Positions 1-10,715 of a stretch of 64,000 bases of DNA are shown one piece after another. The stretch comes from Candidatus Hermodarchaeota archaeon. Its GTDB lineage: Archaea; Asgardarchaeota; Hermodarchaeia; Hermodarchaeales; Hermodarchaeaceae. The DNA is taken from NCBI GenBank assembly GCA_016839805.1, contig JAEOTO010000022.1, forward strand, positions 38,881 to 102,880, in the 5' to 3' direction. The position numbers and the translations under genes were made by a program. Positions within the stretch are counted from its first letter, which is position 1. Each line of letters opens with the position of its first letter. The notes beneath the pieces are model-generated. The model saw only the letters and a program-made list of their open reading frames with translations. It was not told where the DNA came from and searched no databases.

Positions 1-175
1 TTCCTGCCCGCACCATGTAGAAATTATGGCCACCTCGAATTAACGAGGGATAATCCACAGCGCCGAAAACATGTAAACCACCACGCATGAAGACCTTTCC
101 GAGAGAGAACCCAGCGGCGGAGATACCAGCACCAGCTTCACCACCAACCAAAATCGAAATCTCCAAGTCTGTCAT
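1..175 (-). CDS. 2-oxoacid:acceptor (ferredoxin) oxidoreductase alpha subunit with N-terminal gamma domain; 5' part only, runs off the window edge
   Basis: Hand translation from ATG at 175: MTDLEISILVGGEAGAGISAAGFSLGKVFMRGGLHVFGAVDYPSLIRGGHNFY. The GGEAGxG and YPSLIRGG motifs are typical of KorA/PorA-type N-termini. Not in the ORF track. Confidence 0.85.
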   Translation of the reverse strand, partial: MTDLEISILVGGEAGAGISAAGFSLGKVFMRGGLHVFGAVDYPSLIRGGHNFYMVRAG

Positions 176-494
176 GTTAACTCATCGCTCCGATACACAA
201 GGAGTGTGCAATATCTCAAAATTCTTTTGATATTCTTAGAATGGTCAATGTGGCATCTGTGCAAAAGGAGTAACATATTTTCTTACACAGCCAATGCTTC
301 TTCAAGAACTACTTTGCTTTAATTCCAGAATAACAGAATCACCTTCGCCTGACGTTGACACAAGAGTTTAAAATAAAGCAACTGCAGACGTGCTAACAAC
401 CATAGGTTTCTATCAGCTACGAAAACAAACACAACTGTTGGAATATCAAAATCTTTGGCACTTCACACTTACTGTCCATACAGAGGATGTTCAC

Positions 495-1283
495 GTGAAA
501 ATTCAAGTCATACCCACCACCTTCGCTTCGGAAGGTGAAATCATCCGGGGACATTTTGTCTTACCAAAGGGTTCGGGTCCATTTCCAGGAATCTGTAAGT
601 ATCACGGTCTCCCGGGGTCCTCAAATCAAGTTAGTGGTATTGCTTCAGAATTAGCAGTTGCGGGATTTGCGGTACTTACTTTCAACTTTCGCGGCTTTCG
701 AACCAGTGAAGGGCGATTCAGCCTTGCTGGAGAAGTCAAAGATGCCCAAACCGCAATCACACACCTACTTGAATCCAAGTACATCACTGGTGACTGGATT
801 GGCGTGTTTGGACCAAGTTATGGTGGAGCCATTGCAGTGTTAGCTGCAGTTAGGGAACCTAGGATAAGTGCAGTAGGCATACGGGCCCCAGTTTATAATA
901 CACTGGAATTCGCGCAGTCCCCTATTTTTGACGCTGGAGTACAAGACCTGCTTCGAACTGCTCCCAAAGAAATGCATGGACTCACTGACCCCCAAGAACG
1001 TAAGAGAATAATCGAACAACTGATCCATGAATCAAAAACACTCAATCCGATGACCGAAATCGCGAAAATCACACCCCGTCCACTTTTCATCATCACCGGC
1101 GATAAAGATCGAGGAATCCCTGTTGAGGGAGTTCGCCGCCTCTTTGCTAAAGCCCAGGAGCCGAAGGAATTGGTCATCATAAAAGGTGCAAACCACCATC
1201 TTTCCAATCCTCTCGCGTATGAACAAACTACCGATGCCATCATCACATGGTTCAAACGTCAAGTCGAATTATCATTCCTGTGA
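495..1283 (+). CDS. alpha/beta-fold hydrolase
   Basis: HGLPG, FNFRGFRTSEG, nucleophile elbow GPSYGG, GDKD and ANHH. ORF track starts at 390; GTG at 495 after GAGG is the more likely start. Confidence 0.85.
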   Translation: MKIQVIPTTFASEGEIIRGHFVLPKGSGPFPGICKYHGLPGSSNQVSGIASELAVAGFAVLTFNFRGFRTSEGRFSLAGEVKDAQTAITHLLESKYITGDWIGVFGPSYGGAIAVLAAVREPRISAVGIRAPVYNTLEFAQSPIFDAGVQDLLRTAPKEMHGLTDPQERKRIIEQLIHESKTLNPMTEIAKITPRPLFIITGDKDRGIPVEGVRRLFAKAQEPKELVIIKGANHHLSNPLAYEQTTDAIITWFKRQVELSFL

Positions 1284-1421
1284 AGGATTTTTACCCGGAT
1301 TAAACCTACTCATTCATTTCATTTTTTGGCAAGTTCACTTATCAAGCGGTTCTTTTTCGCACCCATAAGTTTACGGAAGTTTTTAGGGGTGAACTTACCG
1401 CTTTTCCTATGGGTGATCGAC

Positions 1422-1577
1422 ATGAATCACTGTCCACACTGCGAACAGAAACTACCTAATCACGTTGAGGTATGTCCAACTTGTGGTACTCCAATCAGCA
1501 AACTCATCAAAGAACCTGAATATCACGGCTTTCACTATCTCGTCATCAACCCAATAGAAATTCCTAATGATTGCTAA
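1422..1577 (+). CDS. small zinc-ribbon protein (51 aa)
   Basis: CPHC-x10-CPTCG, with ATG at 1422 preceded by GGGTGA Shine-Dalgarno-like sequence. Confidence 0.6.
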   Translation: MNHCPHCEQKLPNHVEVCPTCGTPISKLIKEPEYHGFHYLVINPIEIPNDC

Positions 1578-1588
1578 ATAAATGAGAA

Positions 1589-2893
1589 TTACGGATTAGC
1601 TTGCTGTGTAAGAGGAGAAGAAACAGGTTCAGTAGTTATTTCTTTCTGCAATAATATAGCCTGGGCTGCAATCCGGAGTTTGTCAAATTCCTCGTAATTC
1701 GAGATTGCTAACGGATTGTTTATTGGAAAGGGCAGACTTTCCACCACGGTTTTCGTCAAGTCATGCACAAAGAACCGACCCTTCGCAGTAACTTGGTTCC
1801 CCTCCACATTTCCAGTCAACCTTAACAGAGATAGCACAAATTTGATGCTCCTCGGCATTTCCTGAATCACCTTAGGGTCCAATCGAAGGTTATACAATTC
1901 ATGAGCAAATTTTCGCCAATTCTCTGAGTTCTCGTCCACGGTTGTTCGGAATGCTTGTGACCTTCCATTCTGGAGCATATCTAAGTACAATGCTAACGGT
2001 GGGTTCACCATCTGCAATCCACCCACCTTACTAAAGGCTGCAGCGCCAAATCCCAGATAATCAATCACCAGCTCATCTCGAGCTGAATCATAAATTTTCT
2101 TTGTCTTAGAAAACACCCACACATTTTCTCGGAAATAATTATGTCCAGCTAGAATCTGTCCGGCCTGTTCAATGAGATCAAACATACTCCGCGAATCCAT
2201 TGCTGGAGCAACCCGAACCCCAGGGATCTCCATAAACGGATACGTAGTAATCTGTTGTGGGTTAATTATACCAATACGATCCACATCAAACAGAAAATCC
2301 TCACGTGATTGTTTGGGAAGCCCTACCATCAAATCCACATTCACTGTCAATCCTAACTCCTTCGCAAGATCCACAATGGATTGAATGTGGGCTTCATCTG
2401 CTTTTGCTCGGTTCACGTGCTGTAGCGTGTCTGGTTTTAAGGATTCGACGCCTGTGCTTAATTTCTCTATGCCTAGTTCGCGAACCTGTTGAAGATACTC
2501 CGGTGTAAACTGCAACGGATTCCCCTCCATCCCAATATTCGCTAAATCGACATGTTCACGTAACGCGTTGAGAATGCGACCAATCTCTGTGGGGCTTAGC
2601 AAGTTGGGCGTTCCCCCGCCAATGTATACCCACTCCACCTTTCCTCCTACACCTCTGGTGTGAATTTCTTTTTCAATAGCCTTCAAGTAGAGGTCTTTCA
2701 GCTCTTTACGATAAACCACCTTATGAAACGGGCAAAACGCACAGAGTTGCTCACAAAAGGGCACGTGAATGTAGATTCCTACATGGTTCGTATAAATTTC
2801 ATTCCAGTCGACAGCAGCAAAAGTAAACTTGATTTTGGAAAAGCTGTTAGCAAGTCGACGGTTGGCGATACGGTTCAACATGGTATTACTCAC
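1589..2893 (-). CDS. radical SAM protein, HemN/HemW (coproporphyrinogen III oxidase-like) family
   Basis: YIHVPFCEQLCAFC (CxxxCxxC), YIGGGTP, DLMVGLP. Confidence 0.9.
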   Translation of the reverse strand: MSNTMLNRIANRRLANSFSKIKFTFAAVDWNEIYTNHVGIYIHVPFCEQLCAFCPFHKVVYRKELKDLYLKAIEKEIHTRGVGGKVEWVYIGGGTPNLLSPTEIGRILNALREHVDLANIGMEGNPLQFTPEYLQQVRELGIEKLSTGVESLKPDTLQHVNRAKADEAHIQSIVDLAKELGLTVNVDLMVGLPKQSREDFLFDVDRIGIINPQQITTYPFMEIPGVRVAPAMDSRSMFDLIEQAGQILAGHNYFRENVWVFSKTKKIYDSARDELVIDYLGFGAAAFSKVGGLQMVNPPLALYLDMLQNGRSQAFRTTVDENSENWRKFAHELYNLRLDPKVIQEMPRSIKFVLSLLRLTGNVEGNQVTAKGRFFVHDLTKTVVESLPFPINNPLAISNYEEFDKLRIAAQAILLQKEITTEPVSSPLTQQANP

Positions 2894-2903
2894 AGCTAAA
2901 AAA

Positions 2904-2930
2904 GTAATACTGATATCATATAAATATTAC
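2904..2930. promoter_or_regulatory. putative NikR-type operator, GTAATA-N15-TATTAC, overlapping a TATA-like box
   Basis: Perfect 6-bp inverted repeat with 15-nt spacer containing CATATAAAT, between the divergent radical SAM gene and nikR. Confidence 0.6.
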
Positions 2931-2968
2931 AGTCCTTACCATAGAGCACTCAACTGAAGTGATGCTTT

Positions 2969-3409
2969 ATGTCAAAATCTGGTGTCGCCCGTATCAGTAT
3001 CTCCCTCCCCCCGGGTCTGCTTGAAGAATTTGATCGAGTAACTTCAAATATCGGATATGATCGCTCTAAGGCAATTCAACAAGCAATGCGGGATTTTGTA
3101 TCAGAGTATCGGTGGGAATATGATAAGTTAGCCTCGGCGGTGGGAACAATCACGATTATTTTCGATCATGATATTCCTGGATTAGAGGGTGAACTTACAA
3201 GTATTCAGCATCAACATACTGACCTCATTACTTCAGCGACACATATTCACTTGGATAGTCATCATTGTCTCTTAGTAATCGTGGTGAAAGGAGAGGCATC
3301 AAAAATTAAGGGGTTGGCAACTCAATTACAGAGTTTGCGGGGTATTCATCAGTTGAAGATTACAAGTATGATGGATGAGGGGTCTGCCAAAAGCCCTCAT
3401 TCCCATTAA
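2969..3409 (+). CDS. nikR: nickel-responsive transcriptional regulator NikR
   Basis: N-terminal ribbon-helix-helix (RISISLP...RSKAIQQAMR); metal-binding domain QH...HIHLDSHHCL. Confidence 0.9.
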   Translation: MSKSGVARISISLPPGLLEEFDRVTSNIGYDRSKAIQQAMRDFVSEYRWEYDKLASAVGTITIIFDHDIPGLEGELTSIQHQHTDLITSATHIHLDSHHCLLVIVVKGEASKIKGLATQLQSLRGIHQLKITSMMDEGSAKSPHSH

Positions 3410-3502
3410 TCATTCAGGTATTAGAGTAACTATAAACACAATGTCTGGGTGCTTTTCACTCTACGAACAATTTAGGTTTCATACTTTGATTAACAGGATT
3501 AG

Positions 3503-3898
3503 TTAAAGCCTTGACCACGCCCGTTGCACTGCTTCTCCTGTCATCTCGATTACGGGTTGCATCTTATCAGCTGGAGCAAATCCAAGTTCCGGAGCGATTT
3601 TCATAATTGATGTATGTGACACGTACACTTCCCTTGCTTCTTCATAGACAACAAAACTACACGGAAATAGGAGTCCTACATTGAATGAAACATCCAGTGC
3701 TGCTTTAGCAAATTTCGGTCCACAAACGCAAATCATCATGAAACGCGGATAATCTTTGACTCCTAATTTTTGTTCGAAAATCGTATGAAGCGATTTGCTT
3801 GCTAGTAATCCAAATCCTTCTTCTTGCACAATCTTCTCCACGTGTCTTACCGCCTCATCAAAATCCATGTTAAGTTTTTTCTTCAGAATCTCAACCAT
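3503..3898 (-). CDS. DUF302 family protein
   Basis: EEGFGLL, ICVCGPKFA, GLLFPCSFVVYE pattern. Confidence 0.8.
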   Translation of the reverse strand: MVEILKKKLNMDFDEAVRHVEKIVQEEGFGLLASKSLHTIFEQKLGVKDYPRFMMICVCGPKFAKAALDVSFNVGLLFPCSFVVYEEAREVYVSHTSIMKIAPELGFAPADKMQPVIEMTGEAVQRAWSRL

Positions 3899-3915
3899 TT
3901 CAAACCACTTTAATG

Positions 3916-4269
3916 CTACTTTGTAAACTCATCAATTGCTTTGAGTGCATAATGAGTGGACATCAGGGAGTGCCCACCACCTACCATAGCTGCAACCTGG
4001 CACGCTTCCAGTATTTCTTCTCGGTTAGCACCCGCTTCCATGGCGCGTTTCACATGCCATGCTGTGCAGAACTGGCATTGAATATACACTGAGATAGCTA
4101 TTCCGATTATTTCCTTGATCTTTTTCGATAACACGCCATCAGCTTTTACGCTTTCCATGAATGTTTGAAATCCTTTCATGGCTTTGGGATTAAATTGTCC
4201 TAAGGCTTTGAGAGTCTTGCCGGCAGTCAAGAAATATTCGTTCATATCATCATCCAATGATATCACCAC
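3916..4269 (-). CDS. carboxymuconolactone decarboxylase / AhpD-like protein
   Basis: LSKKIKEIIGIAIS...CQFCTAWH..A...GANREEI. Confidence 0.85.
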   Translation of the reverse strand: MVISLDDDMNEYFLTAGKTLKALGQFNPKAMKGFQTFMESVKADGVLSKKIKEIIGIAISVYIQCQFCTAWHVKRAMEAGANREEILEACQVAAMVGGGHSLMSTHYALKAIDEFTK

Positions 4270-4411
4270 TATTTGCTCGAATAGTAATATCGCGTTCTTA
4301 GTGATTATAAGAGGTTGGGTTTACCAAACCGAGGAAGTGGTTGAGGAATTGGCATGCCACCAGAAAAACTCTTGAAGCTTAACGCTTTGCTGTCTATTTG
4401 GAAGAGATCCT

Positions 4412-5161
4412 GTGGATGACCGAGAGCAAGACAAACCCGTGGCCCTGGAGGCATACGAATTGATGGCAGAAGAATACAACAAGAGAGTACCAACAAAAGA
4501 TTATAATGCCTTTCTTGAACGCCCTGCCACCTTATCACTTCTGCCCGATATCAAAAGCAAACACGTTTTGGATGCAGGCTGTGGACCTGCAATATATGCT
4601 GAAATCTTCCTTAACCGAGGGGCAAAGGTCACAGCGATTGATGTTAGTCCCAAAATGATTCACTTCGCGAAAGAACGTTTAGGGAATCATGCCACAATAC
4701 GACAAGCCAATCTTGAAGAACCCCTAGATTTTTTGTCAGACAAGACAGTGGATCTTGTCTTCTCTTCGCTCGTGTTGGACTATGTCAAAGATTGGGATTC
4801 CCTCTTTGCCGAATTTTCCCGTATACTCCGCGACGATGGGTATTTCATCTTCTCCACAGAACATCCGTTTAGCAAATTCACATACAAAGATCATCCACGG
4901 TGTGAGGTTTTACCAAAAAACTACTTCGAGACTGAATATGTCGAATTCACATGGACAGGATTTGGTAAGGCGATTCTCGTTCCGTCATACCGCAGGCCAT
5001 TAGGTACATTCTTTGAGTGCCTACATACGGCAGGATTTTGCGTAGAGAAACTCATTGAACCTCGTCCAACTGAAGACTTCAAACGTCAGAATCCAGATGG
5101 TTATCAAAAAGCTTCTCGTAATCCTAGTTTTCTTTGCATTCGGGCCCGAAAAACGCTATGA
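4412..5161 (+). CDS. class I SAM-dependent methyltransferase
   Basis: VLDAGCGP motif [19 protein letters not shown] motif. Confidence 0.9.
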   Translation: MDDREQDKPVALEAYELMAEEYNKRVPTKDYNAFLERPATLSLLPDIKSKHVLDAGCGPAIYAEIFLNRGAKVTAIDVSPKMIHFAKERLGNHATIRQANLEEPLDFLSDKTVDLVFSSLVLDYVKDWDSLFAEFSRILRDDGYFIFSTEHPFSKFTYKDHPRCEVLPKNYFETEYVEFTWTGFGKAILVPSYRRPLGTFFECLHTAGFCVEKLIEPRPTEDFKRQNPDGYQKASRNPSFLCIRARKTL

Positions 5162-7270
5162 ACGCAGGATCTCTAACATTTTCTGGGTGTCGGTTGTTGG
5201 GTTTTGGCATACATGATTTGAACAAATATACGCAGTTGGCTTACCGTCAAGAGCTGTGTAATCTTTGACAAACGGTGCTAGCTGTACTATATGCTCAGCT
5301 CTATCATCTGTCGGAATTAGAAGGCTTACCTTATTGGGAATGAACTGGTCATTGATGGCTTTTATCATCGTCTGAGTGTCATCTGCTGCAGGATCGCCAA
5401 CAATGACGATTTCAAAACTTGGACCAACTGCAAAATCCACGCTGCTAATCATTAGTGTGAACCCGGGTGGAGCACTAAGCACATCGCCCGCAAAGGCTTG
5501 ACCAATCTTTGTTGCCTTCGACTCAAGTTCCGATTCAGCAGTGAGCCGAGCGATTCGGAGGAGATTCATCATGGCAACAGAGTTACCCGACGGGATGGCT
5601 CCATCATAGGCGTCTTTCTTGCGAACCAACAGATCTTCTGCATCATCCGCTGTGAAGAAGAATCCACCATGGTTTTCATCCCAAAAATGAGTCAACAGTT
5701 CTGTGTTCAAATCAATGACCTTCTGCAAATACTCAGGTTCCAGGGTTGTTTCATAGAGTTCTAGTAATCCCCAAATCATGAAAGCGTAATCGTCAAGAAA
5801 GGCGGGAATTGCCGCTTCGCCATCTCGATATCGATGAAGCAGCCGCCCTTCCTCGTTCTGCATTTGGGTTAACACAAAAGTTGTGGCGCGTTTCGCTGCT
5901 TCGATAAAGGAAGGCTCATCTAGGACCCTTGCTGCCTTAGCCAATGCCGCAATCATGAGGCCATTCCAGTCAGTAAGAATCTTGTCATCCTTATGGGGAT
6001 GAATACGCTGTTCTCTCACTGCGAAAAGTTTCTCTCGAGCTCCCTCCAGAATTTGTAGGAAGGCTTTCGCCGTCATCTTCTGCGCTTTTGCCTCTGCTGC
6101 CAACGAATTTTGAAGGTGCGGAATGTTCGTACCCATCCGTTTTCCCGTCGCTTCTTCCAAGAAATTTCCGTCAGCTGTGAGATTATATACCCTCAGATAC
6201 GCATCTGCTTCCTTTTTTGATAACACCTTACGGACTTCTTTCACAGTCCACACGTAAAACTTCCCTTCTTCACCTTCACTATCCGCATCCTCAGCTGAAT
6301 AAAAGCCCCCTTCAGGACTCGTCATATCCCGGCTCACATAGGTTATGATTTCTCGCACTGTTTGACCATATTCGTCTTTTTTCGTTGCCTGATAGGCTTC
6401 AGCATATGCCATCGTCAACATCGCTTGATCATACAACATCTTCTCAAAATGTGGAAGCAACCACTTCGGATCCGTGGAATAGCGATGAAACCCGAATCCC
6501 ACATGGTCAAAGATGCCACCCAACCGCATCGCCTGCAAAGTTTTTTCTACCATCCGCAGAGCGTCACCGTTTTGTGTGCGTTTCCAATACCGGAGTAAGA
6601 ACAGAAGATTATGTGGAGAAGGAAATTTTGGACGAAAACCAAATCCTCCATACTGTTCATCAAACCTCTCCTTCAATCGATCAAATGCTAATTCCAAGAC
6701 CCCTTCCTCTAACTGGGCGCCAGACGATCCCTGAGCTGAAGTCTCGAGGCTTTCTTGGATATTCTTAGAAATGGTGTCCAAGCGTTTGCGGTCCTGCTTC
6801 CATAATCGTTGGATTTCCGGAATTAACTCATCCATTCCAATGCGACCAAACCGCGATTCCGGTGGGATATACGTCGCAGCAAAAAATGGTCGCTTGTCCG
6901 GTGTCATAATAATCGTTAACGGCCAACCTCCACTCCCGGTCATCATCTGAGCAACCGACATATAAAGTGAATCAATATCAGGGCGCTCCTCTCGATCTAC
7001 CTTGATATTGACAAAGGCATTATTCATTAGCTTTGCAATGCGTGGGTTTTCAAAGGATTCTCTTTCCATGACATGGCACCAATGACAGGTGCTGTAGCCA
7101 ATGGAAAGGAAAATGGGTTTATCCTCTTTCTTGGCCGCTGTAAATGCCTTGTCACCCCAAGGAAACCAATCCACAGGGTTGTATGCATGTTGTAAAAGAT
7201 AGGGGCTCTTCTCATGAAAAAGCTGGTTCGTGTGGTTTTTCGTTTTCTTTTTCATATACTCAATTCCCAA
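5156..7270 (-). CDS. thioredoxin-domain protein YyaL/SPATA20 (DUF255) family
   Basis: [55 protein letters not shown]. Confidence 0.95.
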   Translation of the reverse strand: MGIEYMKKKTKNHTNQLFHEKSPYLLQHAYNPVDWFPWGDKAFTAAKKEDKPIFLSIGYSTCHWCHVMERESFENPRIAKLMNNAFVNIKVDREERPDIDSLYMSVAQMMTGSGGWPLTIIMTPDKRPFFAATYIPPESRFGRIGMDELIPEIQRLWKQDRKRLDTISKNIQESLETSAQGSSGAQLEEGVLELAFDRLKERFDEQYGGFGFRPKFPSPHNLLFLLRYWKRTQNGDALRMVEKTLQAMRLGGIFDHVGFGFHRYSTDPKWLLPHFEKMLYDQAMLTMAYAEAYQATKKDEYGQTVREIITYVSRDMTSPEGGFYSAEDADSEGEEGKFYVWTVKEVRKVLSKKEADAYLRVYNLTADGNFLEEATGKRMGTNIPHLQNSLAAEAKAQKMTAKAFLQILEGAREKLFAVREQRIHPHKDDKILTDWNGLMIAALAKAARVLDEPSFIEAAKRATTFVLTQMQNEEGRLLHRYRDGEAAIPAFLDDYAFMIWGLLELYETTLEPEYLQKVIDLNTELLTHFWDENHGGFFFTADDAEDLLVRKKDAYDGAIPSGNSVAMMNLLRIARLTAESELESKATKIGQAFAGDVLSAPPGFTLMISSVDFAVGPSFEIVIVGDPAADDTQTMIKAINDQFIPNKVSLLIPTDDRAEHIVQLAPFVKDYTALDGKPTAYICSNHVCQNPTTDTQKMLEILRS

Positions 7271-7406
7271 GATGAGAATCGGGTGTTCGTTTTTTTATAC
7301 TAGCGTTTTACTAATACTGATTCCCGGCAAAAATACCATTTTCTAGCCTATCGAGGTTATGCCGGCACTCAAAAATATGATATCAGTGACATAATAGTTA
7401 CAGGAA

Positions 7407-7961
7407 GTGAGTTTGATGTCGGAGTATCTGTTATTAACTGTGTATCGTCGATACTTAGAAGCTAATGGGTATGAGGTCGAACAAAAGGCTACAATCACTG
7501 GCGGGGTAATCGTTGATATTCTCGCTAGGTCTGAAAACCGAACGTTATTGGTTGAGGCGAAATGGATTCGTAGCCCTGGAGATGCTTATGAAGCCGTTGG
7601 ACGTGCTGTTCAAGACAAAGTAGCTATGCCTGAGGGGACTCCCGTTGTCGTTATTCCAATTGGAGTAGCTTCAGAAGAAATCCGTAAACGCATTTTAGGT
7701 GCCTGTTACAAGTATGGTATAGAAATTCATTATATTGCTGTGAATGAACGGGAAGTGTTTCCCGACTACTTAACAACGCAAGTGTATCCTGCCATTCAAT
7801 CTCTTATTCAACAAGCACGAAATCTATTCGAAAAAGGGCTTTCTCGACCTCAAATCAAAGCGGTTCACACTCTTCTTACAACGTTTCAAGCCATCGAAGA
7901 ACCACCCGAACTTATCGATGATTTGAACAATGTGTTAGGCGAACTGATACCTGGAAAATAG
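7407..7961 (+). CDS. PD-(D/E)xK restriction-endonuclease-like protein
   Basis: IVDILA...LLVEAK catalytic pattern, preceded by YLEANGYEV. Confidence 0.6.
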   Translation: MSLMSEYLLLTVYRRYLEANGYEVEQKATITGGVIVDILARSENRTLLVEAKWIRSPGDAYEAVGRAVQDKVAMPEGTPVVVIPIGVASEEIRKRILGACYKYGIEIHYIAVNEREVFPDYLTTQVYPAIQSLIQQARNLFEKGLSRPQIKAVHTLLTTFQAIEEPPELIDDLNNVLGELIPGK

Positions 7962-8055
7962 GCTTCCACTCATTGATCATGCAAATTATTCTGGTATAAT
8001 ACTTTCCAGCTTGGCAAACAGCTAGTTATTTGATTAGATGCTGGTTAAACGAGAG

Positions 8056-8982
8056 TTATAAGCGCTTTCCTTGGGTTTCTAATTGCTTAGCAATCCAGGT
8101 CTTCAGACTTCTTTTCGCTGGGATTTTTTTGTACCACTCGGGCTCTTCATAAAATCCTTCATGGCGAACTGTAATGAGTTCTTCTAGCGTGGATGGACGC
8201 GTATCAGACATGTCCTCTGCAAAGAGATGGAGTGGATAATTGTACGTGGGGGGTAGTTCTTGGAGTTCATCGGTTGGAAACATGGAGAGAATCACTCCAG
8301 AAAGTGCAGCCTGGTGGACAAAGATTTCGTATCGTTTGTCTTGTTGATAGAACTCCTGGCATGCTGGTTTCTGATACAGTTCGAAGAAGGTATCGTGCCA
8401 TATTCGGAATAATCGGTTCGTGGGACGTGTAATGAGAAAACCCGCATTGAAGTATGGGCGCACTTGCGTCGCGTCGACATGCGTTACCATGGGAAAAACG
8501 CGGTCTTGTGGTACCTGGCAAGAACGATAGATTTGGGTCCAAAATGGGTCCAGCGGTTCATCATATCGGGATCCAATTAAAGTGTGATGAACGGGGCGAT
8601 ATCCCAGACTTTTTTCATCGGGTAGGAGAAGGTCCTTGGGTTCATTTAGGACAAGTGTATTGGCATCCAGCCAGGCTAACAATGCCGTATCTCTCTCCGC
8701 CATGGATTCTGCGAAGGCAATAACTTGTATTGTGTCCGCGAAAAAGAACGGCAGCTTAGATTCATCAAGTTCAAATGAAATAAGTTGGGCATCAAGGGCT
8801 TGTAATCTCTCTTTGGTGCTGGTTGAGAGTTGCTGGGAGGATTCGGGTGTGAAAACCCAAATGGGTGTTTCTGATAAGGTTCCGGCAAAGGTCCGAATGC
8901 TTTCGACAAGAAGCAGTGTATTGGTTTCCGAACTTTTTTGGGGGAAAGTGATGGTTGTGAAGATGAGTTGTTCGGGCATCAT
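8056..8982 (-). CDS. glycosyltransferase-like protein (GT-A fold, GT8-like)
   Basis: WLDANTLVL (DxD-like), YFNAGF, HQAALS, LPPTYNY. Confidence 0.55.
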   Translation of the reverse strand: MMPEQLIFTTITFPQKSSETNTLLLVESIRTFAGTLSETPIWVFTPESSQQLSTSTKERLQALDAQLISFELDESKLPFFFADTIQVIAFAESMAERDTALLAWLDANTLVLNEPKDLLLPDEKSLGYRPVHHTLIGSRYDEPLDPFWTQIYRSCQVPQDRVFPMVTHVDATQVRPYFNAGFLITRPTNRLFRIWHDTFFELYQKPACQEFYQQDKRYEIFVHQAALSGVILSMFPTDELQELPPTYNYPLHLFAEDMSDTRPSTLEELITVRHEGFYEEPEWYKKIPAKRSLKTWIAKQLETQGKRL

Positions 8983-9058
8983 CAGAATGACCGATATAAT
9001 TCGTCTCCGCCTCTTCTTTAATTAAACCCAAAGGTCAATATAGGGTTTCAAGGCAACT

Positions 9059-10699
9059 TTGCACTTGAGGGTTTTTATGGAAAAGACTGCGTCTGAAGTT
9101 CTGGTTGATCAGCTAGCTAAGGCAGGTGTGAAATACATCTTTGGGATTCCAGGTCACAGCATCTTAGGTGTTGTTGAGGCGCTTCGAACTAATGATGATG
9201 TTACGTTTGTCACAGTTCGGCATGAGGAAACCGCCTCTCTGATGGCATCAGCTTATGCAAAGCTTACTGATGAATTGTGCGGCTGTCTTTCCATCGCTGG
9301 TCCCGGTGCAACTAATCTCATGACGGGGCTGTATGATGCGAAAATGGATCGGGCGCCTGTTCTAGCCATCACTGGTCAGGTGGCGTTACAATTTCTCCGG
9401 CGAGATGTACTACAGGAAATTGATCAGCATGACCTATTCGAATCGGTTTCGCTCTTCAACAAGGTCATTACGACTGCCAAAGAAACTTCTGAAATCACGC
9501 TCCTCGCAGTGAAGAATGCTGTTGTTCACCATGGTGTATCGCACCTGGGTGTCCCAATGGACATTCAAAATGCAAAAACCAAAGTTATGGCTAAGCCAGT
9601 TGAAGGTCGCTGGCCTGTTCACCGTTCACGACCTCCAAAAGATCTAATTGAGAAAGCTACAGATCTCGTCAATGCCGCTGATTCCCCCATGATCATTACT
9701 GGATGGGGCGCACATTATGCTCCCGAAACTGTGTTACAATTAGCTGAGAAAATCGACGCACCAATTGCCACCACCTTCAAGGCGAAAGGTTTGATTTCAG
9801 AGTTCCATCCCCAATCGGTCGGTGTGCATGGCTCCGTGGGATGGAGTTCGGCTCGTAAAGCTGCTCAACGGGCAGATCTATTAATAGTGTTGGGCAGTTC
9901 CTTTTCGCAACAAACAGCACTTCCTCCTTCCAAACCGATACTCCAAGTTGATTACGATCCTTTAGTGATCGGAAAACGCTTTCCAGTCAAACTAGGACTT
10001 TGGGCGAGTGTGGAAGACACCCTTCCCGAGCTCATATCTAAAGTTAATGAAAAAAATAACGAAGAGACACTCCGCTTCATCAAAGATGCTAAAGATGAAT
10101 GGATGCAAAAAATCGAGCAGATGACATCATCTGATCAAGTTCCAATTCATCCCGCTCGGATTCTTAAGGCCCTTCAATCGACCATACCCGATGATGCCAT
10201 CGTCTCAATTGATGTTGGTGATAATTCATACTGGTTCGGAAAATACTTCCAAATGAAGAGTACCCAAAACCTCCTTATTTCAGGTTATCTGGCCACTATG
10301 GGATTTGGGTTCGCTGGTGCCATTGGTACAGCTTTTGCCCATCCTCAGCGAAAATCCATCAGTTTAACAGGTGATGGTGCTTTCGCCATGCTCATGGCTG
10401 ACTTTACCACAGCTGTAAAACATAACTTACCCGTAATCGTGGTTGTATACAATAATAGTGAACTCTCGATGATCACTCATGAACAAGCTCTCGAAAAGTT
10501 CCCCAAATATGCAACAGAGTTCATCAACCCGGATTTCGCCAAATTCGCTGAAAACAGTGGAGGAATCGGTTATCGGGTCACCGATCCAACTGAATTGGCT
10601 CCCGCATTCGCAGGTGCATTCAAAGCCAAAAAACCTGTGATTATTGACGTTGTTACGGATCCCACGCAGTTCTGGATGGAACGCGGTCAGAAGCTCTAA
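9059..10699 (+). CDS. TPP-dependent enzyme, pyruvate oxidase / acetolactate synthase family
   Basis: FGIPG, VRHEE, GPGATN, GDGAF...NN TPP-binding motif; likely start ATG at 9077. Confidence 0.9.
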   Translation: MHLRVFMEKTASEVLVDQLAKAGVKYIFGIPGHSILGVVEALRTNDDVTFVTVRHEETASLMASAYAKLTDELCGCLSIAGPGATNLMTGLYDAKMDRAPVLAITGQVALQFLRRDVLQEIDQHDLFESVSLFNKVITTAKETSEITLLAVKNAVVHHGVSHLGVPMDIQNAKTKVMAKPVEGRWPVHRSRPPKDLIEKATDLVNAADSPMIITGWGAHYAPETVLQLAEKIDAPIATTFKAKGLISEFHPQSVGVHGSVGWSSARKAAQRADLLIVLGSSFSQQTALPPSKPILQVDYDPLVIGKRFPVKLGLWASVEDTLPELISKVNEKNNEETLRFIKDAKDEWMQKIEQMTSSDQVPIHPARILKALQSTIPDDAIVSIDVGDNSYWFGKYFQMKSTQNLLISGYLATMGFGFAGAIGTAFAHPQRKSISLTGDGAFAMLMADFTTAVKHNLPVIVVVYNNSELSMITHEQALEKFPKYATEFINPDFAKFAENSGGIGYRVTDPTELAPAFAGAFKAKKPVIIDVVTDPTQFWMERGQKL

Positions 10700-10715
10700 T
10701 TCCAATTGGATTTAA

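Noticed and set aside
1326-1421. Longer start for the zinc-ribbon ORF
   Set aside because: The extension reads like intergenic/promoter sequence; ATG at 1422 has an SD-like GGGTGA.
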